DNA from: Blastocatellales bacterium
GTDB taxonomy: Bacteria > Acidobacteriota > Blastocatellia > RBC074
Length of the DNA: 64,000 nt
Direction of reading: 5' to 3'
Assembly: GCA_050187295.1 (NCBI GenBank)
Contig: JBFWXQ010000009.1
Location: 152,627 to 216,626, forward strand
The stretch's first letter is position 1; the number at the start of each line of letters is the position of its first letter. The notes below the pieces were generated by a model. That model did no database searches. It saw only the letters and a list, made by a program, of their open reading frames with translations, and was not told where the DNA came from. The position numbers were made by a program, and so were the translations under genes. Below are positions 21,411 to 30,914 of the stretch, one piece after another.

Positions 21411-22430
21411 TCAAAACTTCCCGTCAACGACTTCAAATTTCGTGGGCTTGTTCAGACTTCTGCCGCCAGCTTCAATCCAATGCGCAACCAGTTCCATCAA
21501 CTCTTCCAGCTTCATTTCAGCTTCGCCCAGCAATTGACGGCAAAGCGACGAGTTGCTGAGCAAGGCAACGCCTGAGTCCCGACCTGTGAAAACCGCAGGC
21601 CGATTGAATCGTCGATCGAAAAAATCCGCCGCTTGATTAACGGAAACAATTTCACCGCCCGTCACGTTCAACGCTCGCGGCGGCGATTGGCAAAGTTCCA
21701 GACTACGCAGCGCATACGAATTGGCATCGCCTTGCCAGATGACGTTGAAATGCGACACCGTCAGATCAACCGGCCGGCCGTCGTAAACCTTTCGCGCGAT
21801 GTCAACCAGCACGCCGTAACGCAGATCAACCGCGTAATTCAATCGGAAGAGCAAAACCGGAGTGGCGAATTCTCGCGAGAAATATTCAAAAACGCGTTCG
21901 CGAGCCAGGCAGGATTGAGCATATTCTCCGCGCGGATCGAGTTCATCGCCTTCAACCGAACCTCCGCTGGCCGCGCTGACAAACGGATAAACGTTGCCGG
22001 TCGAAAAAGCCACCACCCGCGAAGCTCTGTAACGATGCGCCGCGTAAGCCGGAACGATGGCGTTGTTCGCCCAGGTCAGATCGGTTCTGTCAGTCGAACC
22101 GAACTTGCGACCCGCCAGATACAAAACGTTTTCGCAATTCGGCAAGCGATCAACTTCATCGCGATTGAGCAAATCGCAGGCGATGGTTTCAACGCCAGCG
22201 GATTCCAATTCTGTTCTTGATTCAGCCGAAGAAAATCTGGAAACGGCAATCACTCGTTTCTTCGCTCCGGCATCGTCGGCAGCGCGTTTGCATCGTCGCG
22301 CCAGCGAAGGCCCCATCTTGCCGCCCGCGCCAAGCACGATTACATCGCCAGACAAACGATTCATCATAGCGATGTCAGAAGCATTCGGTTCGGACAATCT
22401 GTCTTCCAGTTGTTCTTCGGTTTCTATCAT
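21411..22430 (-). CDS. NAD-dependent epimerase/dehydratase family protein
   Basis: Rossmann motif VLGAGGKMG near the N-terminus. Start chosen at the internal ATG at 22430 (MIETEEQ..); the ORF-track start is at 22472. Confidence 0.65.
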   Translation of the reverse strand: MIETEEQLEDRLSEPNASDIAMMNRLSGDVIVLGAGGKMGPSLARRCKRAADDAGAKKRVIAVSRFSSAESRTELESAGVETIACDLLNRDEVDRLPNCENVLYLAGRKFGSTDRTDLTWANNAIVPAYAAHRYRASRVVAFSTGNVYPFVSAASGGSVEGDELDPRGEYAQSCLARERVFEYFSREFATPVLLFRLNYAVDLRYGVLVDIARKVYDGRPVDLTVSHFNVIWQGDANSYALRSLELCQSPPRALNVTGGEIVSVNQAADFFDRRFNRPAVFTGRDSGVALLSNSSLCRQLLGEAEMKLEELMELVAHWIEAGGRSLNKPTKFEVVDGKF

Positions 22431-22525
22431 CAATAAAATTTTTATCCCACGCCAAGCCGCCAAGATCGCCAAGTCTTCAGTTCAAGCTTTGCGTCCTCGC
22501 GGCTTTGCGCGAGATTCCGTTCTTT

Positions 22526-23386
22526 CTACCCAAATTCAGGGCCAAGAATCGCAAATTGTTTTTCAGGCAATCCCGGAACTTCGCCTTCACCGCGATACAT
22601 GCGAATGAATGGCCGCTGTTCTTGAAAGCCTATGGATTCAAGCCATCGCAGCCACTCAGCGTCGTGACAAGCGGAATCAAGGATAAATTTCTTCCCGCTT
22701 TGTTCCGCCAAACAAGCCGCCACCAACTGTCTGGCCGATTCAACGTCGTAAGATATGATCGGTCCTATGTGTTCAAAATTGAATCCGTGACGACCGAAGG
22801 AAAAAGCTCTGACAGCTTCCTCGCCCGGCAAAACCCACGCGTATTCCGGCGCTCCGTCAAACAGCCATCGTAGGATCAAACTTCTGTCGGCGCCAAAAAC
22901 CTCCTGATCAAGTTTGAAAACTTCCGGCAGATCAGCTTCGGTCATTTGTCGGGCGGAAGATTTTTCAAACCCCGCGAAGTCAGCGGAAACGACCGTCTCC
23001 ATTCGGCGAAGCCTGCTTTGATCGGCGAAGCCAAGTTTCAAATAAACTTCGCGTCCGGCAGGCGTGGCGTCCAGGCCGATCAGCTTTTGCCGGCTCAGCA
23101 AATCAATCGCTTCCCGCAGCAAACGCGTTCCGATTCCCTGACGGCGTTCGGCTGGATCAACCAGCACCATTCCAATCCAACTGAAGCGATCCTGATAACT
23201 GACGGTCGTGACGGTTCCGACAACCCGATTGTTTTTGACGGCGACGCGGCAAGCTTGTGGGCTGAGGCGAAGAAACAATCCCCAATCGCGTTCGATCTGA
23301 TTCCATCGCGCCAACCGGCACAGCGCCAATCCCGCCGGAATGTCTTCGGCAGTCATGGTTCGAAATCGCAGTGTGTCATCAATCAT
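22526..23386 (-). CDS. GNAT family N-acetyltransferase (two-domain)
   Basis: Acetyl-CoA binding motif (RRQGIGTRLL). Start set at the internal ATG at 23386 to avoid overlap with the MFS gene. Confidence 0.65.
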   Translation of the reverse strand: MIDDTLRFRTMTAEDIPAGLALCRLARWNQIERDWGLFLRLSPQACRVAVKNNRVVGTVTTVSYQDRFSWIGMVLVDPAERRQGIGTRLLREAIDLLSRQKLIGLDATPAGREVYLKLGFADQSRLRRMETVVSADFAGFEKSSARQMTEADLPEVFKLDQEVFGADRSLILRWLFDGAPEYAWVLPGEEAVRAFSFGRHGFNFEHIGPIISYDVESARQLVAACLAEQSGKKFILDSACHDAEWLRWLESIGFQEQRPFIRMYRGEGEVPGLPEKQFAILGPEFG

Positions 23387-24575
23387 CGGCCTGTTTTGTT
23401 TTTGAGGGAAGTATGGAAATGGCCAGCGCTCCAAACAACGCCAGACCGATCATTAACGCAAAGCCTTTGGTGTAATTCGGATTTTGATCGCGCAATCTGC
23501 CGACCAGTTTCGGAACCCAGGCTTCGGCCAAACCGTCAACGATGATAATCAACCCCATCACACGCCCCATCACACGCACGCCAAAAAGCTCAGCCGCCAT
23601 CAGCGGAATAATCATGTAATCGCCGCCCATTCCAATGCCGAAGACGATGGCGAACAGGTAAATCATACCCGGACTCTGAATCAAAAACAGCAGTGGAATG
23701 CCAGCGGCCACCAGCAGATAGATCAAAATCATGACGTACTTTTTCGGGAACCGATCCGCCAACCATCCCATCAAAATCCGGCCAACGTTGCTGGTAAATA
23801 ACACCAGCGCAATGACGTTGGCAGCAGTGTTTTGATCGAACCCGTTGTCGCGCGTCAGGTAAAGTTTCAAATGCTGATTTGTCGCACCGACTGCTCCAAT
23901 CGAACACAAACTGCCAATAGCCAGCAGGTAAAACGATGGGCTTCGCAGGATTTCGCCCAGCGGCACGGTCGGAACATCTTTCTGCTGTTGAAACTCGTCG
24001 GATTTGTCTTTGACCATCAAAGTCAGCGGCAAAGCCACTGCGGCCATCAAAACTCCCAAACACATCAATGCTGTCTGCCAGCCAAATTTGCCCGTCAACC
24101 ACGAAGCCATTTTGACTGTGATCGCTCCGCCCAAACCGATCCCCAGATAAGCAAAGCCCATCGCCTTGCCGCGCGATTCTTTGAACCAGCGAGTCAGCAA
24201 AACCTGATTCGGCAGCGGCCCGGCGCACACATATCCCAGCGCATTGAAAATGAAGCAGGCGTAAAACAGCGGCAACGTGTTGACCTGCCCCAGTCCAATG
24301 ATCGAAATCGCGCCGAACAAAATGCCTACGATCATCAAACGCTTCAGTCCGAAACGATCAATGATCCATCCGGCAGCAAATCCGAACAACGGCAGCACCA
24401 AAGTTTTGCCGAAGGTATTGCCTGACGTAACTTGCTCGCGCGACCAATTGAACTGCTTGACCAGAAAGTCATAAAAAAACGGCGGGCCGTAAAAGGCTAT
24501 GCCGACCAGCGCGTACAGGTTCAGAAACGAAGTCAGCGCAACGATGCGCTGCTTTGGAGAGGTGAGTTCGGGCAT
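23379..24575 (-). CDS. MFS transporter
   Basis: 398 aa with 12 predicted TM helices and an MFS-like loop motif (GWIIDRFGLKR). Confidence 0.8.
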   Translation of the reverse strand: MPELTSPKQRIVALTSFLNLYALVGIAFYGPPFFYDFLVKQFNWSREQVTSGNTFGKTLVLPLFGFAAGWIIDRFGLKRLMIVGILFGAISIIGLGQVNTLPLFYACFIFNALGYVCAGPLPNQVLLTRWFKESRGKAMGFAYLGIGLGGAITVKMASWLTGKFGWQTALMCLGVLMAAVALPLTLMVKDKSDEFQQQKDVPTVPLGEILRSPSFYLLAIGSLCSIGAVGATNQHLKLYLTRDNGFDQNTAANVIALVLFTSNVGRILMGWLADRFPKKYVMILIYLLVAAGIPLLFLIQSPGMIYLFAIVFGIGMGGDYMIIPLMAAELFGVRVMGRVMGLIIIVDGLAEAWVPKLVGRLRDQNPNYTKGFALMIGLALFGALAISILPSKTKQADD

Positions 24576-24611
24576 TGAATTAGTTTCCTTGTGTTGTCTA
24601 GCTCAAGAAAA

Positions 24612-24652
24612 TGTTTTTTAACTACGAATAGTCACGAATGGGCACGAATAGA
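24612..24652. repeat. Left boundary repeats of small-ORF cassette: 9-bp TGTTTTTTA followed by three tandem ~11-bp repeats
   Basis: TGTTTTTTA (24612-24620), then ACTACGAATAG / TCACGAATGG / GCACGAATAG (24621-24652). Confidence 0.5.
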
Positions 24653-24665
24653 AGCGTTGCAATCG

Positions 24666-25094
24666 CTAGTTCGGCGGCGTAGTGGTGAATAGGAGTGCGT
24701 TGTTTCCATCGCCTATTCGGAAAGTGAAGTCTCGAATCCGCGGATCCTCGCGGAATAGACGGAACCATCCGTGGATGTATTCGGGGGTCAATCCCGCTTC
24801 TATATCGTCTGCTGGTCCCCACCAAAGCACTGCCCGGAGTTCGATGTCGCCATCAACCGTGGAAAGCATTCGGAGTATGGTTACCCCATCCGTCCACCGG
24901 TTCGTAGGCCAATCAGGAAGTGTCGGTACGCCTGATTCAAACAGTAGACTGATGGCTCCCTCGGCTTGAGACGGCACGTGATTGAGCCAAAATCCGACAC
25001 GGCCTGTTTCGGCTATCTTAGCCCGGAAAAGCGAATTGAGTTCCTTAAGCGCCGAGTCAACTCCTTCAGATGAAGTCATAGCAGATAAGGTCAT
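24666..25094 (-). CDS. Hypothetical protein (orphan ORF inside the repeat-flanked cassette)
   Basis: 142-aa ORF with no recognisable motif and no clear SD. Local GC appears lower than the neighbouring genes. Confidence 0.45.
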   Translation of the reverse strand: MTLSAMTSSEGVDSALKELNSLFRAKIAETGRVGFWLNHVPSQAEGAISLLFESGVPTLPDWPTNRWTDGVTILRMLSTVDGDIELRAVLWWGPADDIEAGLTPEYIHGWFRLFREDPRIRDFTFRIGDGNNALLFTTTPPN

Positions 25095-25156
25095 AGGGTT
25101 TTAGCTGCGCTTGACCAACAAGCCGCCGAACTATTGGTTCAATTCCACGGCTGTGT

Positions 25157-25201
25157 TGATTTGTGACTATTTGTGTTTATTCGTAGTTGATTTGTTTTTT
25201 A
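25157..25201. repeat. Right boundary repeats of small-ORF cassette: degenerate inverted copy of the left triple repeat plus TGTTTTTTA
   Basis: TGATTTGTGACTATTTGTGTTTATTCGTAGTTGA (25157-25190). Its reverse complement reads ..ACTACGAATAaacACaAATAGtCACaAAT.., matching the left repeats. TGTTTTTTA recurs at 25193-25201. Confidence 0.45.
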
Positions 25202-25242
25202 TCGCCTCTCTACAATCACAAACAAGATGCTTGCGTAAGGGA

Positions 25243-26673
25243 TTATTTCCCAGCCGGACGAAGGTTTTTACCTTCGCGATTGACCAGCGAGTCGCCCAAA
25301 TCTTCGCGAGCGCGTTCGACATAAGTCATCAGATTTTTAACGACTTCAGGATGTTTATCGGCCAGGTTCGTCTTCTCTCCAACATCTGCTTCCAGATCGA
25401 AGAGAGACAGTTCGATTTGCGGATAAGCGTCTTTTCCGGGCATCCCGTCTTTGCCGGGAATTTCTATGAATCGATATTTGTGCGGCAAGTGCAGCTTCCA
25501 TTTTCCGACGCGGACGGCCTGCAATTCCCTGCCCCAGTAAAAGTAGTAAGCTTCGTGAGGACTTTTCGCCGATTTCCTGCCTGACAGAATAGGCCACACA
25601 TCGCGCCCATCAATGATTCTGTCTTTAGGAATTTCAGCGCCGATCAACTTCGCCAGCGTCGGCAAAACATCAATCGTCATGACCGGCTGGCGATTGACCG
25701 AACCGGCGGCAATTCGCCCCGGCCAGCGAGCGACGAATGGAACCCGCACTCCGCCGTCGAATTCCGTCCCTTTGCCTTCGCGCAATGGTTTGGCCGAACC
25801 GGCATGATTGCCGTAACTGAGCCAGGGGCCGTTGTCCGAAGTGAAGATGACAAGTGTGTTGTCATCCAGTTCCAACCGCTTCAGCGTCTCCAATACCTGC
25901 CCGACTGACCAGTCCAATTCTTCGATGACGTCGCCGAACAAACCGCGCGCGGTTTTGCCTTTGAATTTGTCTGAAACGTGCAATGGCACGTGAGGCATCG
26001 AATGCGGCAGGTAAAGAAAGAACGGCTTGTCCTTGTTCTTTTCGATGAAGCTGACCGCGCGTTCCGTGTACCAGGTCGTCAACTGAGTTTGATCTGGCAT
26101 CAATTGAATGACTTTTTCGTTTTCGATCAGCGGCAAGTCGGGGTAATAGTTTTTGGTGATTGGATGGTTCGGCCACATGTCGTTTGAATATGGCAAACCG
26201 AAGTATTCGTCGAAACCGTGTCGCGTCGGCAAAAACTGCGGCAGATGCCCCAGATGCCATTTGCCGTAAATCGCCGTCGCGTAATTGCGAGATTTGAAGA
26301 TTTCGGCCAACGTGGTTTCGGCGGCGTTGATTCCATATTTCGCGCGATGATCCAGCGCGCCGTGAATCCCGACACGGTTGGAGTAACATCCGGTCAGCAA
26401 AGCCGCTCGCGATGCCGAACATACAGCCTGAGTGACGTAAAAATTCGTTAGGCGGATTCCCTCTTTCGCCATTCGGTCAAGGTTGGGAGTTTTGTAACCC
26501 AGCGGCTCCGAAGCAAAGCTGCCGATGTCGGCGTAGCCAAGGTCGTCGGCAAAGATCAGGACCACGTTCGGCGGTCGTTTGGTTTGAGCCGTTTCGCCAA
26601 TGGTTTGCGGCGAAGCCAATAAAGCAAGAGCGATCAGACAAACTGCAAAAAGAATTCTGCTTTGATTCATCAA
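25243..26673 (-). CDS. Sulfatase (arylsulfatase family), secreted
   Basis: Signal peptide. Formylglycine-site-like motif CSASRAALLTG, plus GKWHLG and DNGP motifs. Confidence 0.8.
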   Translation of the reverse strand: MMNQSRILFAVCLIALALLASPQTIGETAQTKRPPNVVLIFADDLGYADIGSFASEPLGYKTPNLDRMAKEGIRLTNFYVTQAVCSASRAALLTGCYSNRVGIHGALDHRAKYGINAAETTLAEIFKSRNYATAIYGKWHLGHLPQFLPTRHGFDEYFGLPYSNDMWPNHPITKNYYPDLPLIENEKVIQLMPDQTQLTTWYTERAVSFIEKNKDKPFFLYLPHSMPHVPLHVSDKFKGKTARGLFGDVIEELDWSVGQVLETLKRLELDDNTLVIFTSDNGPWLSYGNHAGSAKPLREGKGTEFDGGVRVPFVARWPGRIAAGSVNRQPVMTIDVLPTLAKLIGAEIPKDRIIDGRDVWPILSGRKSAKSPHEAYYFYWGRELQAVRVGKWKLHLPHKYRFIEIPGKDGMPGKDAYPQIELSLFDLEADVGEKTNLADKHPEVVKNLMTYVERAREDLGDSLVNREGKNLRPAGK

Positions 26674-26682
26674 TACTGCCTT

Positions 26683-27585
26683 TCATCGAATGGGGTGTGG
26701 TTCCATCAATTCAGCGCGGCTGCCGTCTGGATCGAACAGATTCAATTGCCAGCGGCGGTTTCTGCCAACTTGCGGAGAACGAATCTGCGCCGGATCGTCA
26801 ACGCGCTGACGCAAAGTTTCCAGAGCTTTTTGCATGTCCGGAACCATCAATGCCACGTGATGGCTGGAACCGAGTTGTTGCCGCGTAGCTTTGCCAACGG
26901 TCAGCATGTATTCCAGGTAATCGGTTCCGTCCGGCACACGCATATTGATCCAGTTGATCGTCGCGTCATCGCGTCCGCCTCGCCAGATTTCCGAAAAACC
27001 CAGAATGTCTTTGTAAAATTTGTCCGCAACAGCGGCATCGGCGACCGTCAAACCGACGTGCAGGATGCGGTCGGAAATTCGCTGGGCTGAAATGTATTTG
27101 CCGCGCGCTTTGGTGTGCAGCGAACCGGGTCGGTATTGAACGAATTCAACCGTGTGGCCGTCAGGATCGTTGACCGTGAAATTGAAATTGCCGTCGCGAC
27201 CTTGACGATGCTGGTCGGGAACTTTGACGCCTTTCGATTTCAGGTATTGGCGCAGAGCTTCGATGTCCGTGGTTTCAAACGCGATATGTTTCAAACGTTC
27301 GTCCTGATCGGGCGGCAATCCGGGAAAGATTTCTATGTATTGCCGGTCGTTCACCTTGAAATAAGTCAGCGCCAGGCTGCCGTCAGGATTGCGAATCTGA
27401 AACGGTTCTTCGTAACCGAGCAAGCCGCTGTAAAAATCGCGAGCCTTATCCAGATCGCTGACCTGAAAAGCAATGTGCGCCACGCCGATGATCAATGGGC
27501 GTCCTTCAGGTGAATTCTGGTTCCGGGCCGAAACGCTGAAAAACAGAACCAGAACCAGAACTAATATCCGGGCTTTGATCTTCAT
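26683..27585 (-). CDS. VOC family protein (two glyoxalase/bleomycin-resistance/dioxygenase domains), secreted
   Basis: 300 aa with a signal peptide and two VOC modules (..IAHIAFQVSDLDKARDFYSGLLGY.. and ..LHVGLTVADAAVADKFYKDILGF..). Confidence 0.7.
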   Translation of the reverse strand: MKIKARILVLVLVLFFSVSARNQNSPEGRPLIIGVAHIAFQVSDLDKARDFYSGLLGYEEPFQIRNPDGSLALTYFKVNDRQYIEIFPGLPPDQDERLKHIAFETTDIEALRQYLKSKGVKVPDQHRQGRDGNFNFTVNDPDGHTVEFVQYRPGSLHTKARGKYISAQRISDRILHVGLTVADAAVADKFYKDILGFSEIWRGGRDDATINWINMRVPDGTDYLEYMLTVGKATRQQLGSSHHVALMVPDMQKALETLRQRVDDPAQIRSPQVGRNRRWQLNLFDPDGSRAELMEPHPIR

Positions 27586-27597
27586 TTGGTTGTTTAG

Positions 27598-28242
27598 TTA
27601 TTTGAGTGTCTTGATACGTATGTTGCGGAAACGCGCGCGGCTGTTTTCTCCCCACGAACCGGCTCCGCCGTGAACCTGCAAACCAATGTAACCTTCGCGC
27701 GGATAACGTTCGCGGTTGTCCTGAAAATCGGTCGTCTTGACTCCGTTCAGCCAGGCTGTGACGTGCGCGGGCTGACCTTCAACGCGCGCGCGAAGTTTGT
27801 TCCATTCATTTTTCTTGAAGTATTTCGGCCAATCCTTGTTCTGCTGCACGAACCCGCCTTCAGCCGGAGCATACAGACTGCCGATGAAACATCCGTCGCA
27901 ATGATCCAGAGTTATCTGATAACCCATGCCGTCATCGCGTGTGCGCAGAAACAAACCGGTGTCGGCCGGAAAGTCAGCTTTGAACTCAAGCTCGATTTCA
28001 AAGTCTGCATACTTCGCTTCCGTGCCGATCAAACCGCCTTTGTGATCCGGTTCCTGATTGCCGACCAGCGCGCCGTTTTCAACCGTCCACAAACCGCCGT
28101 TGCCTCCGTGAACGGCCATCACCCGCCAACCGTTCATGGTTTTCCCGTCAAACAATTTTTGCCAGCCGTCTGCCGCCCAAACGACGGCCAACGCAGACAA
28201 TGTGAATGACAAAATTACGGTAAGAAAAATTCTTTTCGACAT
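27598..28242 (-). CDS. DUF1080 domain protein (3-keto-disaccharide hydrolase-like, LamG fold), secreted
   Basis: Characteristic DUF1080 layout (..WQKLFDGKTMNGW.., ..DFEIELEFK.., ..GYIGLQVHGG.., ..FRNIRIK). The ORF-track start at 28251 is GTG. I prefer the ATG at 28242, with a GAGGTG SD 6 nt upstream. Confidence 0.7.
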   Translation of the reverse strand: MSKRIFLTVILSFTLSALAVVWAADGWQKLFDGKTMNGWRVMAVHGGNGGLWTVENGALVGNQEPDHKGGLIGTEAKYADFEIELEFKADFPADTGLFLRTRDDGMGYQITLDHCDGCFIGSLYAPAEGGFVQQNKDWPKYFKKNEWNKLRARVEGQPAHVTAWLNGVKTTDFQDNRERYPREGYIGLQVHGGAGSWGENSRARFRNIRIKTLK

Positions 28243-28506
28243 AAAAGACACCTCTGAAGTTCAGTGCAAACGGCCAGCAGGCTGGGGAAACCGCCCCCTC
28301 TGATGACCGCTGCGCAAAACGAATCCGGTTATGAAGTTTATGGTTGTTTTGATGGTTTGAAGATTAACTTCTGAAAAAGCAGGGCGATTATGCACCGAGG
28401 GCTGACCAGCGTCCATAGCTGTCAGGACGGCCAAGCTCAGGGCAAATGAATTTCGCGCGGCAGAGTGATAAACTGCGCGCGTTTCACTTGCCACTTTTCC
28501 ATCAGG

Positions 28507-29385
28507 ATGAATCACATGAATCGAATACGAATAATCTCTTTGTTCGCGTTGATGCTTTGTGCTCTGAATCAGACGCCAGCCCAGCCGGTTTCAGCCGGAA
28601 CCCCTGACTCGGTCAAAAACAAGCTGGCAGTTCAACTGTGGAGCTTTCGCGAAGATTTCAAACGCGACGTTCCGGGAACCTTGAAACGCGTGCGCCAACT
28701 TGGCTTCACCAATGTGGAACTGGCCGGATATTACGGATTGACGGCTGAACAATTCCGCGTCGAATTGGACAAAGCGGGTTTGAAGGCCGTCAGCATGCAC
28801 ATCGAATTGGAAGCGGCGCGCGAGCATATTGACCGAGTGATTCGCGAAGCGAAAATTTTCGGCGTTCAATTCGTCGGCGTCCCATGGATCAATTCTCCAT
28901 TTACAAAAGCCGATTGTCTGGCTGCGATCAAGGTTTTCAATCAGGCCGGTCAAAAACTGGCGTCAAATGGAATCAGTTTCTTCTATCACCTGCACGGTTA
29001 TGAATTCATCCCGAACGAGGGTGGCAAAGGAACCCTGTTCGATCTGATGATAGCCCAAACCAATCCGCGCTTTGTCAGCTTTCAACTGGACACTTACCAC
29101 GCTGCATTTCCGGGACAAGACCCGGTCAAGCTGATGCAAAAATATCCCGGGCGATTCACTTCGCTGCACTTGAAAGATATTCGCGAAGGTTTTGTCGGCG
29201 ACAATTCGGGCGATTATCGAGAAGCAGAAGCGCGTCCAATGGGTCAAGGCAAAATCAACTGGCCTGGATTGTTCAAAGCAGCGCGCAAACAAAAGCTGGG
29301 TTGGTACATCGTCGAGGATGAAACTACGGACGTCTGGAAAAATGTCGTCGCGAGCCTGGAATATCTTGAGAAAATAAAAGATTGA
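28507..29385 (+). CDS. Sugar phosphate isomerase/epimerase (xylose isomerase-like TIM barrel), secreted
   Basis: Signal peptide (MNRIRIISLFALMLCALNQTPAQ). TIM-barrel motifs (..VQLWSF.., ..FTNVELAGY.., ..FFYHLHGYEF.., ..TSLHLKD). Start ambiguous between 28507 and 28516. Confidence 0.7.
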   Translation: MNHMNRIRIISLFALMLCALNQTPAQPVSAGTPDSVKNKLAVQLWSFREDFKRDVPGTLKRVRQLGFTNVELAGYYGLTAEQFRVELDKAGLKAVSMHIELEAAREHIDRVIREAKIFGVQFVGVPWINSPFTKADCLAAIKVFNQAGQKLASNGISFFYHLHGYEFIPNEGGKGTLFDLMIAQTNPRFVSFQLDTYHAAFPGQDPVKLMQKYPGRFTSLHLKDIREGFVGDNSGDYREAEARPMGQGKINWPGLFKAARKQKLGWYIVEDETTDVWKNVVASLEYLEKIKD

Positions 29386-29588
29386 AAATAATCAGCGAAG
29401 CGAAGTTCTATCTTGTCTCGAATATCCCGGATCAATTGATGTTGCGGGCATCAAAGCCTATCATCACGAAGCTTTCCTGTTCCTGATTGCTGTAACACAT
29501 CGAACAATACACTCAAACATTGAATCGTCGCGGAAGCCAACAAGTTTTCTAAACTTACTTCGAGCGGCGATTCCATTCGGAGGAAATT

Positions 29589-30896
29589 ATGAAGCGCCTA
29601 TTGCTTTCCTTGTCGGCATTATTGCTGGCGTTGTCATCCATTCCCGCAGCCAGCAAAACCATCAGCGATCCGCCGACCGCTGCACCTGAAGAAGTTGGTC
29701 TGTCCAGCAACCGGCTGACCTACATACGCACGGTGATGAACCAGCACGTGGCTGATAAACAGATTCCCGGGGCTTCCGGGTTGATCGCCCGTCACGGACG
29801 AATCGCCTACCAGGAAACCTTTGGGATGGCCGATATGGAAGCGGGCAAGCCAATGCGGATGGACACCATCCATCGCATCTATTCGATGTCGAAACCAATC
29901 ACCAGCCTCGCGTTGATGATGCTATATGAAGAAGGCAAGTTTCAGCTCAACGATCCGGTCGCCAAATACCTGCCGGAATTCGCCAAGATGAGGGTGGGTG
30001 TGGAAGAAAAAGACCCTCAGACCGGCGAACCCGTTTTGAAAACCGTTCCGGCCAAACGCCCCATCACCGTTCGCGATTTGCTGCGTCACACAGCCGGATT
30101 GACTTACGGAGTTTTCGGCGACACGTTGGTTGACCGCGAATACCGAAAAGCCAGAATTCTAGGCCAAATGAATCTGGCCGATTTCGTCACCGACCTTGCC
30201 AAAATTCCCCTGCAATATGAACCCGGCACGCGCTGGCATTACAGCGTTTCGGTTGACGTGCAAGGCCGATTGATTGAAGTGCTGTCCGGCAAATCCTTCG
30301 ATCAATTTTTGCAGGAACGCATCTTCACGCCGTTGGAAATGAACGACACTGGTTTCATTGTTCCCGCCAGCAAAAAAGATCGTCTGGCCAAACTTTACAC
30401 GATCACCAAGGAAGGCAAGCTGCAACCGATCAAAACCTGTTCAACGCGCGAAGAATGTTACGAAGGGTTTCCGAATTCCGTACCGGACTTTCTGCATTCG
30501 ATGGGCATGCAATCGGGCGGTGGCGGACTGACTTCGACGGCTTACGATTACCTGCGGTTTTGCCAGATGCTGCTGAACAAAGGCGAATACGAGGGCAAAC
30601 GCCTGCTCAGCCGCAAGACGGTTGAATTGATGAGCAGCGACAATCTGGGAAGCATTCCGGGCATGGGGCCTGGCGTTGGATTCGGCCTGGGCTTCGCGGT
30701 CAGCAAAGCTCCCGGTGAAGCCGGAATGATGGGATCGCCCGGCGAATTCAACTGGGGCGGAGCCGCTGGCACGAAGTTCTGGATTGATCCGAAGGAAAAT
30801 CTGATCGGCATCTTCATGATCCAGATTCTGCCTCACACCGGATTGGAATATGGCTCGGAGTTCCGTGTTCTGACTTATCAATCAATCGCTGACTAA
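29589..30896 (+). CDS. Serine hydrolase, beta-lactamase-fold (class C-like esterase/peptidase), secreted
   Basis: SxxK motif SMSKPIT and a YxN-like motif. Signal peptide. GGAGG SD lies 6 nt upstream. Confidence 0.75.
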   Translation: MKRLLLSLSALLLALSSIPAASKTISDPPTAAPEEVGLSSNRLTYIRTVMNQHVADKQIPGASGLIARHGRIAYQETFGMADMEAGKPMRMDTIHRIYSMSKPITSLALMMLYEEGKFQLNDPVAKYLPEFAKMRVGVEEKDPQTGEPVLKTVPAKRPITVRDLLRHTAGLTYGVFGDTLVDREYRKARILGQMNLADFVTDLAKIPLQYEPGTRWHYSVSVDVQGRLIEVLSGKSFDQFLQERIFTPLEMNDTGFIVPASKKDRLAKLYTITKEGKLQPIKTCSTREECYEGFPNSVPDFLHSMGMQSGGGGLTSTAYDYLRFCQMLLNKGEYEGKRLLSRKTVELMSSDNLGSIPGMGPGVGFGLGFAVSKAPGEAGMMGSPGEFNWGGAAGTKFWIDPKENLIGIFMIQILPHTGLEYGSEFRVLTYQSIAD

Positions 30897-30914
30897 ATCA
30901 CGGTAAGAATTTTG

